NCBI GenBank assembly: GCA_963769025.1
Contig: CAVYKI010000002.1
Coordinates: 256,001-320,000, forward strand
Reading direction: 5' to 3'
Source: an uncultured Verrucomicrobiae bacterium
Lineage (GTDB): Bacteria; Verrucomicrobiota; Verrucomicrobiia; Chthoniobacterales; Chthoniobacteraceae
Length of the DNA stretch: 64,000 bases
Under the pieces are notes generated by a model, which was not told the DNA's origin, made no database searches, and worked only from the letters and a program-made list of their open reading frames with translations. This document shows positions 42,200 to 50,400 of this stretch, in pieces. The translations under genes were made by a program, and so were the position numbers. Each line of letters opens with the position of its first letter. Position 1 is the first letter of the stretch.

Positions 42200-43183
42200 A
42201 TGAAACGTTGCTTCCTCCTCTTTGCCCTCGGTTTCGCCGTCACCTCCATCGCGTTCGCCGAGGAAAAATCCGCCTCGTCTCCCGCTCCGAAGCCGGCACC
42301 GCCCCGCGTGTCCGATGCGGTCGAACGGAAGGCCGACCTGCCCTACGCCGGGAACGACAATCCGCGCCAGGCGCTCGACCTTTACCTCCCGAAAAAGCGC
42401 TCGACCGACAAGCCGCTGCCGGTCGTGGTGTACATCCACGGCGGCGGATGGAGCGGAGGCAGCCGGGCGGGCGGGGGGATGGCCGCGGGCTTCGCGGCAT
42501 CTGGAAATTACGCCGGCATCAGCGTCGGCTACCGGCTTTCCGGGGAGGCGAAATGGCCCGCGCAAATCCACGACTGCAAGGCCGCCATCCGCTGGATCCG
42601 CGGCCATGCGAAGGAATACAACCTTGATCCCGACCGCATCGGCGTCACCGGCACCTCCGCGGGCGGACACCTCGTCTGCCTGCTCGGGCTCACCCAGGGC
42701 GTGAAGGAGCTCGAGGGAAGCATCGGCGAATTCACCAGCCTCAGCTCACGAGTCACGTGCGTCGCAAATTACTGCGGGCCCACCGACATGGCCGCGCCGC
42801 TCATGCAGGGCGAAGCCGCGCTGAAGGACGATCCCGCCGTCGCCGGATTACTCGGCGGTCCCATCGCGGAAAAGGCCGCCGAGGCGAAAGCCAGTTCGCC
42901 GCTCACCTACGTCGGCCCGGGCAAACCGCCCTTCCTCACCGCACATGGAACGAAGGACATGCGCGTGAATTTCACCAACGCCACGAAGCTCCACGAGGCG
43001 CTCACGAAGGCCGGCAATTCCTCGATCCTCCTCGCCATGACCGACGCCGGCCACGGCTTCGGCAGCCCGGAACTCAACAAGCGCGTGCAGCAGTTCTTCG
43101 ACATGCACCTGCGCGGCATCCAATCGGAGATCTCCTCCGAGCCCATCCCGCTGCCCGCTCCTGCCCAGCCGGCGAAACGATAG
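42200..43183 (+). CDS. Secreted alpha/beta hydrolase (HSL/BD-FAE-type esterase)
   Basis: Signal peptide, LDLYLP, IHGGGW, GTSAGGHL, HGTKD, GHG. Confidence 0.9.
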   Translation: MKRCFLLFALGFAVTSIAFAEEKSASSPAPKPAPPRVSDAVERKADLPYAGNDNPRQALDLYLPKKRSTDKPLPVVVYIHGGGWSGGSRAGGGMAAGFAASGNYAGISVGYRLSGEAKWPAQIHDCKAAIRWIRGHAKEYNLDPDRIGVTGTSAGGHLVCLLGLTQGVKELEGSIGEFTSLSSRVTCVANYCGPTDMAAPLMQGEAALKDDPAVAGLLGGPIAEKAAEAKASSPLTYVGPGKPPFLTAHGTKDMRVNFTNATKLHEALTKAGNSSILLAMTDAGHGFGSPELNKRVQQFFDMHLRGIQSEISSEPIPLPAPAQPAKR

Positions 43184-43203
43184 CCTCAGCCTTTCCGCAC
43201 GCT

Positions 43204-44100
43204 ATGAAAATTCCCGCACCATTTTCTTTTCCACGCCCGCGTCCGAGCCGCCGCCACGCCCGGCGGAGCGCCTGTTTCGCGCTCCTCGGGACATTCGTGA
43301 TGTTCCTGTTCCCCGGATGCGACAAGGGCGCGCCCGGTGAGCAGAAGTCCCAAGGCGGTTACGCGGCCGGTCGTGTCACGTTCGCGGATGGCAAGCCGAT
43401 CACGGGCGATGTTCAGGATATCAGCATCAGCATCACGGGAGTGAGCGAAGCCGGCGAGAAGGTCAGTTACACACCGATCGTCAAGGACGGTGCGTACAAG
43501 CAAAAGCTGGTGCCGGGGCAGTTCCGGTTCGGGTTCTGCAAAATCAAGGTGAAGTTTGCCGGGACGACCTTCACGTTCGATCTGGAGCCAGTGGGGCCGA
43601 ACTGGAGCAAGAATCAGGACTCCGCCGGCGGGATCGTGCAGGACTTCGTGTGGAAGCCCACCGGCCTGCGGGAGACTTACGGCCGGAAGCCGGATCCGAA
43701 CAACCACACGCACTGGTACGGCATGAGCGTCGGGATGCGTTTCCAGACGTGGCGCGAGGATACCAAGAAGCCGCCGACGGTGTTGCCGGAGGGAACGAAA
43801 CTCGTGTTCACGCTCACGCCGACGAGCAGGAGCATCGATGGCCGGGAATTGCAGCCCATCACCGTCGAGCGCGACTGGCGGCCCAAGGACATCACGACGA
43901 ATGACGACATCAATGATCTGCCGCCGGCAAACTATGAACTCACGGGCGTCGCCAAGCTGCCCGACGGGACCTCGCGGCCCATCCTTTTCCAAGGCCGGGG
44001 CAACTATCCCAACTACGTGCAGAAGGGCATCGTCACGCTCGAAAACGACGGAATAACCGGCGGAATGTGGAAGCAACTGTTCGGCTGGGTGACTGACTGA
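43204..44100 (+). CDS. Hypothetical lipoprotein with beta-sandwich (carboxypeptidase regulatory-like) domains
   Basis: Hydrophobic stretch plus FPGC lipobox-like site, GRVTFADGKPI, and beta-rich sequence. Start uncertain. Confidence 0.55.
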   Translation: MKIPAPFSFPRPRPSRRHARRSACFALLGTFVMFLFPGCDKGAPGEQKSQGGYAAGRVTFADGKPITGDVQDISISITGVSEAGEKVSYTPIVKDGAYKQKLVPGQFRFGFCKIKVKFAGTTFTFDLEPVGPNWSKNQDSAGGIVQDFVWKPTGLRETYGRKPDPNNHTHWYGMSVGMRFQTWREDTKKPPTVLPEGTKLVFTLTPTSRSIDGRELQPITVERDWRPKDITTNDDINDLPPANYELTGVAKLPDGTSRPILFQGRGNYPNYVQKGIVTLENDGITGGMWKQLFGWVTD

Positions 44101-44151
44101 CGGGCGGGGCGCTTGCGTTCGGTAGGGCGTTTGTGCAGCGTCCGCGCTCGC

Positions 44152-45708
44152 ATGAAATGCCTCACCCTCCTCTTCGCAATCGCGCTGGCTCCGGCCCTCC
44201 GCGCGGAACTGAAACTCCCCGCCATCATCGGGGACCACATGGTGCTCCAGCAGAAGCAGTCCAACCCCATTTGGGGCTGGGACACCCCGGGCACGAAAGT
44301 CACCGTCACTTTCTCCGGGCAGACGAAGTCCGGCACCGCCGGCAGCGACGGTCGCTGGGAGGTGAAGCTCGATCCGGTGAATGCGAATGCGGTGCCGCAG
44401 GTGATTTCGATCGCGGGGACGACGAAGCGCGACATCCAGGACGTGCTCGTGGGCGAGGTGTGGATGTGCTCGGGGCAGTCGAACATGGGCTTCACGCTCT
44501 CGGGCGACTGGAATGGCGACCTCGAGGCGGCGGCGTCGGACTTGCCGAATCTGCGGCTCATCAAGGTGCCGAACGTGGGCACGCAGGAATTGCAGAGCGA
44601 CTTCAAGGGCGAGTGGAAGGCGTCGAACGCGGACAGCGCGCGGTCTTTCAGCGCGGTGGGATTTCTCTATGGCCGCTACCTTCACCAGATCCTGAAAGTG
44701 CCGGTGGGCCTGATCGACAACGCGTGGGGCGGCTCGGCGGCGGAGGCGTGGGTGCGGCGTTCGTCGCTCGAAAAGGATCCGCGGTTCGCGCCGCTCATCG
44801 AAGGCACCGTGAAGCGGGAGACTGATTTGCAGTCGGAGCAGGCGAAGGTGAATTTTGAAAAGGCGATGGCGAAGTGGAAGGAAGACGCCGACAAGGCGAA
44901 GGCCGAGAACAAGCCCGCGCCGCGTGCGCCGCAGTCGCCGGAGGGATGGCTTCGCGGAAATGCGCGGCCCGGAAACATCTTCAACGGCGTGATGGCCCCG
45001 ACGCTCGGCTACGGCATCAAGGGCGTGATTTGGTATCAGGGCGAAAGCAACGCGGGCCGCGCATGGGAGTACGGGCAGCTTTTCCCGTACATGATCGAGC
45101 AGTGGCGCGCGGAGTGGAAGCAGGGCGACTTTCCGTTTTACTGGGTGCAGCTCGCCGACTTCATGAGCGAGAAGCCCGAGCCGGGCGACAGCGCGTGGGC
45201 GGAACTGCGCGAGTCGCAGACCAAGACGATGAAACTGCCGAACACCGGCCAGTGCGTCATCATCGACATCGGCGAGGCCAAGGACATCCACCCGAAGAAC
45301 AAGCATGACGTGGCCGCGCGCCTCGTGCGCTGGGCGCTCGTGAAGGACTACGGCCTGAAGTTCGCGTTTCGCAGTCCGGAATTCAGCAAGCTGGAAATCG
45401 CGGGCAACAAGGCGACCGTCACGCTGGACATGTTCGGCAGCACGCTTCGGCCGTTCGATGTGCAGGACGCCGTCGGCTTCGCGGTGTGCGGCGAGGACAA
45501 GGTGTGGCACTGGGCGAAGGGCAAGGTTCTTCCTCCCAACAAGGTCGAGCTGACGAGCGACAAGGTGAGCGCGCCCATCGCCGTCCGCTACGCCTGGGCG
45601 GACAACCCGGTGTGCAATCTCTTCAGCAACGAAGGCCTGCCGGTCACGCCGTTCCGCACGGATGACTTCGAGATGACGACGAAGCCAAAGCCGGCCGTCG
45701 CGAAATAA
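44152..45708 (+). CDS. Sialate O-acetylesterase (SASA/SGNH) family
   Basis: MVLQQ, GEVWMCSGQSNM, WGGS, WYQGESN, DIHPKNK, VRYAW, PFRTD. Confidence 0.92.
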   Translation: MKCLTLLFAIALAPALRAELKLPAIIGDHMVLQQKQSNPIWGWDTPGTKVTVTFSGQTKSGTAGSDGRWEVKLDPVNANAVPQVISIAGTTKRDIQDVLVGEVWMCSGQSNMGFTLSGDWNGDLEAAASDLPNLRLIKVPNVGTQELQSDFKGEWKASNADSARSFSAVGFLYGRYLHQILKVPVGLIDNAWGGSAAEAWVRRSSLEKDPRFAPLIEGTVKRETDLQSEQAKVNFEKAMAKWKEDADKAKAENKPAPRAPQSPEGWLRGNARPGNIFNGVMAPTLGYGIKGVIWYQGESNAGRAWEYGQLFPYMIEQWRAEWKQGDFPFYWVQLADFMSEKPEPGDSAWAELRESQTKTMKLPNTGQCVIIDIGEAKDIHPKNKHDVAARLVRWALVKDYGLKFAFRSPEFSKLEIAGNKATVTLDMFGSTLRPFDVQDAVGFAVCGEDKVWHWAKGKVLPPNKVELTSDKVSAPIAVRYAWADNPVCNLFSNEGLPVTPFRTDDFEMTTKPKPAVAK

Positions 45709-45751
45709 AGCAGGGGGCTTTCGCCGGAAGCGCTGTCGCATTCCTCAAAGC

Positions 45752-45779
45752 GTGGGCGGCCTCGGCGAGGCCGCCCTAC
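45752..45779 (-). repeat. GTAG-type REP-like palindrome
   Basis: Minus strand GTAG-GGCGGCCTC-GCC-GAGGCCGCC, between convergent genes. The GTAG supplies the epimerase TAG stop. Confidence 0.55.
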
Positions 45780-46642
45780 CTTTCCCGTGCGAGCGCGGCG
45801 AGTTCCGGCTGCCGCTCGACGGCGTCGAAGAAGCTCGGGAATTGCGGCGTCCAGCCGAGTGCGCGCAGCTTTGCGTTGCTCACGCGCTTGCTCGTCCAGC
45901 CGCGCTTGCGGTTCGGATCAATCGGGCCGCTCGGCGGGAGGTGGCGCGCGAAGCGCTCTGCGAGCCACGTGTAGATCTCGCGCTGCGGCATCGGCGCGTC
46001 GTCGCTGACATTGTAGATTCCCGCGGCGCGCTTTTCGATGAGCACGCGGAGCGCGGAGGCGATGTCGTCGCGGTGGACCTGGTTCACGAAGCGCATGCCG
46101 TCGCCTTCGATGACCGCCTCGCCGCTGAAAAACTTCCGCAGCAGCACCGAGCGACCCGGCCCGTAAATGCCGGCAAGCCGGGCGACGATACCTCCGCTGG
46201 CGAGCACGAGTTCCTCGGTTTCGCGGAGGAGCCGCCCTGTTTCGCGCGGCGGCTCGGAGAGGCTTTCCTCGGTCGCGACCGAGCCGTCCGTCTGCGCGTA
46301 CACACTCGTGCTGCTGGTGAAGAGCAGCCGCCCCGGCGCGAATGCCGCGAGCAGATTGCGCGCGCCTTCGAGATACACGCTGCGGTACGCATCCGCGCCG
46401 CCGCGCCCGGAACTCGCGCAGTGGATCACCGCATCGGGCGCGCCGCCGAAGCGCGCGCCGAAAGCACGCACGGCAGTCGCATCGGAGATGTCGCACGCCG
46501 CGACGGGAAACGGTTCGCCTTTGAGCGCCGCCGCGGACTCCGCGGAATGCGTGAGCCCGAGCACTTCCCATCCGGCATCGTGAAACGTCCGCGCCGCAGC
46601 GAGGCCGACAAATCCGCAACCGGCGATAATGATTCGTGGCAT
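45776..46642 (-). CDS. NAD-dependent epimerase/dehydratase (YeeZ-like SDR)
   Basis: IIIAGCGFVG, FTSSTSVY, RLAGIYGPGR, VHRDD, KRVSNAKL. Confidence 0.88.
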   Translation of the reverse strand: MPRIIIAGCGFVGLAAARTFHDAGWEVLGLTHSAESAAALKGEPFPVAACDISDATAVRAFGARFGGAPDAVIHCASSGRGGADAYRSVYLEGARNLLAAFAPGRLLFTSSTSVYAQTDGSVATEESLSEPPRETGRLLRETEELVLASGGIVARLAGIYGPGRSVLLRKFFSGEAVIEGDGMRFVNQVHRDDIASALRVLIEKRAAGIYNVSDDAPMPQREIYTWLAERFARHLPPSGPIDPNRKRGWTSKRVSNAKLRALGWTPQFPSFFDAVERQPELAALARER

Positions 46643-46664
46643 CGTTCAGGGAAGTGGGGGATGG

Positions 46665-46746
46665 ATCCGCAGATTTCGCAGATTAACGCAGATGAAGAAG
46701 CTAGGGCAGCAACTTCCTTCTGCGTTAATCTGCGCAATCTGCGGAT
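46665..46746. repeat. 82-bp intergenic inverted-repeat element (28-bp arms, one mismatch)
   Basis: ATCCGCAGATTTCGCAGATTAACGCAGA ... TCTGCGTTAATCTGCGCAATCTGCGGAT. Each arm contains three CGCAGA(T) units. Confidence 0.85.
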
Positions 46747-46764
46747 GAAAATGCGTCGTCGTCT

Positions 46765-47238
46765 TCACGGCGAAAACTCCACGCGTTTGCTCAGCATTTT
46801 TTCACCGTCGAATTCGAACCATCCCTCGAACCGTTCGCCCGCGAGAACCTGCGGGAGCCAGTGTTGATCATCCTCCCACATCTCGTGAAACGGTACGCCG
46901 TCCACGGGGAACCACATCGGCAGCGCCTCGTCCGTCTCGATGGGGTTTCCGTCAAAATCGCGCGCGACGAACACGACGCAGTGCAGGCTGTAGCCGTCGG
47001 TGAATTGGAACCGCACGACGCCGCGGTCTTCGAGCAGCAGGGGCGTCACGCCGATTTCCTCCTGCGTCTCGCGGATGGCGGCGGCAAGCGCGGTCTCGCC
47101 GGCTTCGAGCTTTCCGCCGGGGGCGTTGATTTTCCCCGCGCCGAGCCCGCGCTTCTTCCGGATGAGCAGCACGCGCCCGTCCTTCACGATGAAGCACAGA
47201 TTCGCGAGTTGGCGCGGCTGCCAGTTTTGCCAGTCCAT
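46765..47238 (-). CDS. Nudix hydrolase, 8-oxo-dGTP diphosphatase (MTH1/NUDT1-like)
   Basis: KKRGLGAGK, Nudix box GGKLEAGETALAAAIRETQEEIG, MWEDDQHWLP. Confidence 0.9.
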   Translation of the reverse strand: MDWQNWQPRQLANLCFIVKDGRVLLIRKKRGLGAGKINAPGGKLEAGETALAAAIRETQEEIGVTPLLLEDRGVVRFQFTDGYSLHCVVFVARDFDGNPIETDEALPMWFPVDGVPFHEMWEDDQHWLPQVLAGERFEGWFEFDGEKMLSKRVEFSP

Positions 47239-47442
47239 GTGCGGCAGCAGTATTCGGCTTTCGGCGTTCCGTGAAGCCCGTCTTCGCGATTCCTGAATGC
47301 CGGGAGTTGAGCGAGGGAACGTCACGTCCCAGTTAAGCCTTCACGGAACGTTGAAAACAAGGTCTGGGCTGCTGCATTGCCGGGAACGCGATAGACAACC
47401 CAGCCGCAAGCAATACCTTCCAGCGAAACCCTGACTGTTCCG

Positions 47443-50400
47443 ATGAAACGCCACGCACTTTTCGCATGCGCGACTGCCGTAGTGGCGATGGTCGCGGTGG
47501 CGATCTGGTTCATGAGTCGGGGCGAAATTGCGGACCCGAAAAGATGGGCTGAAGGTCCGGCTGCCGCGGTCGCCGTTCCGGCCGATGCGGTGCAACGCGC
47601 GGCGCTTCCGCCAGCCCCGGAAGCCAACGCCGCGCGGGCCGCGGGAGTGAAAGGTCCGGCTTCGGCGATCGACGCATTCAACGAGTGGGCGGCTCGCTAC
47701 CTCGCCGCGGGCGCGACCGAACGCGCACGGCTCGTGGACGAAGGGCTGACGCTCGCGAATGCGCGCCGGTCGGAATTGCGCGACATCATCGTGCAGGATC
47801 CGCGGCGCGCGATCGAGAATGCGGTGCCGCCGGTGGTGCGTCAGCAATTACCGCCCGTGGTGGCGCAGCGGCTGGAGGAGCGGGTGAATGAGGCGGCTTT
47901 TTTCGGCGTCATGGGTGTGTTGCCTTCGGCGGAAAATCCCGATGTTCCTCCGTACCGGCGCGAGGTGCGGATGCGAGATGGCGGGTATTACCGGGCGTTC
48001 GTGTATGGAGAGCGACTCACGCAGCAGACGACGGAGAGCACGTCCATCGTGGGCGTCGCGGTGGATGATCTAATGGCCGTGGACGAGCGGCGGCTGCGGA
48101 CCGTGGCGAGCGGGGAGATCCCGAATCATCCGAACAATCTCACGCGCGAGCGGACCGTGGCGAAGACCGATGCGCAGGGCTTTTCGCTCGGACGGCAGAT
48201 CACCACCGCGCCGGCGCCGCCTCGTGACACGGTGGAGACGTGCCCCATTTCCGGACTGAGCACCGTCGTCCCGAAAGCGGACGATGGCGGCTTCGCGCCC
48301 GTGGGGAGCGAGCAGATTGTCGTCGAGGCGGGTGGAAAATTTCACTTTCTGTGCACTGGCGGGCACATCCACGCGTTCGAGGAGGAGCTCATCGCGCGCG
48401 AGGGCGGCAACGGAGGCCCGACGCAGCCGACCTCGCCGCCCACGGCCACACAGAGCACGGGCTACAAGTCGCACCTGCTCATGCGAATCGCATTTCCCGA
48501 GGCGCTCAAGGGCAGCGTGACGGAGAAGGAAGGCCACGACCTCGGAAAGAACGTTCAGGATTGGCTTCTCGACTCGAGCTACGGCGCGATGACCTTTGCC
48601 ACCACGGTCACGCCATTGCTCATCCTGCCACGGACCGAGGCGTGGTACAAGGAACAGGACACCGGCGGCAATGCCTACGAAGTGCTCACCGACGCACGCG
48701 CCGCCGCGAAGGCCGCCGGTTTTGATCCGGCAAATTTCAACTTCGACACCGTAATCTACACCGGCAGTCCGGGCGGCTTCAGCGGCCAGGCCTACGTCGG
48801 CTCGAAAGGATGCTGGCTGAAGTCCGGCACCAACACCGGCGTCGCCTGCCACGAATACGGCCACAACTTCGGCCTCTGGCACGCGAACTTCTGGAGCACG
48901 ACGAACGGCTCGGTGATCGGCGGAGGAACGCACTCCGAATACGGCGACAGCTTTGACACGATGGGCACCGCAAGCGCGGGCGATTTGCAGTTCAATGCGT
49001 GCCACAAGAACATCCTCAACTGGATTCCAACGACGCTCGTGAACGATGCGACGACGAGCGGGACCTATCGCATCTACCAGATGGATCAGCCGCGCCAGGA
49101 CCCGCGCCTGCGCTACGCCCTGAAAATCCGCAAGGACAGCGACCGGGATTACTGGGTCGATCTGCGGCAGCGCTTCACGAGCAATGCGTGGGTGCAGGGC
49201 GGTGTCTTTCTCCACTGGAGCGCGTGGCTGCCGAGCAAGAGCGGCACGCACCTGCTCGACACCACGCCCGGCTCGCCGGACGCCAAGAACGACGCGCCGC
49301 TCCCGATAGGACGCACGTTCAGCGACGTGGAATCGGGCGTCCACATCACGCCCATCGCAAAAAACACCACGACTTCGCCGACGAGCGTGGACGTGGTGGT
49401 GAATCTCGGGACGTTCGCGGGAAACAGCGTGCCCGTCGTGGGCGTCGGCGCCAGCGCGACCAGTGTGGCGACTTCGACGAACGTGACTTTCACCGCAACC
49501 GCGACCGATGCCGACGGCGATGTGCTGAGCTACGCGTGGGATTTCGGCGACAAAGGCTTCAGCACGACAAATTCGCCGGTCGTCACGAAATCGTGGGCGA
49601 CGGCAGGCGAGTATCGCGTGCGATGCACGGCTTCCGACTTGAAGGGTGGCACCGCGAGCGCGTCGGTGATCGTCACCGTGGGTTCGCCGGGCACGTTTCG
49701 CATCGCGGGGACAGTCACCTCGGCCGGGCAGCCGCTGAAGGATGTGCGCGTCTACAATGGTCTGAGCGGCACGAACTATCGCGAGGCTTACACCGACAGC
49801 AACGGGACCTACACGCTCGTCGGACTTGCCGCTGGGACATACAATGTGGACGCGAAGATTTACGGATACGCATTCGGTCAGGAGGCAACGACCATCACGG
49901 TCGGCCCCAGCAAGAGCGGCGTTGATTTCACCGCAGACCCACGCGCGATGGTGAGCATCGCAGTGCAGGACGCGGATTGCAGCGAGGGTGCGAACACGGG
50001 TTCGTTCCGGATCACGCGCACGGGTTCGACGGCGGCGGCGCTCACCGTCCAGCTTTACTTGCCGACAGGCTCCGCGACGAAAGGCAGCGACTACACGCTG
50101 GCTCCCGATGTGGTTGCTGTCAGCCCTTATCAGACACTCACGATTCCCGCCGGCCAGCCGTTCCTCGACGTCGTGGTGACGGCGGCGATCGACGCCTCGG
50201 TCGAGAGCTTCGAGCGCGTGACCTTGGAACTCGCGCCGTCGGCCAGCTACGTCCTCGGCAACGCGACCTCGACGATCTGGATCACCGACAGCAACACGGC
50301 GAATCCGCTTGTCCGGATGCGCGTCACGAAGCGCGACGCTGCGGAGGGCGGGACGGGCGGCCAGTTTCTCATCGAGCGGATCGGCCCGACCACGAACGCG

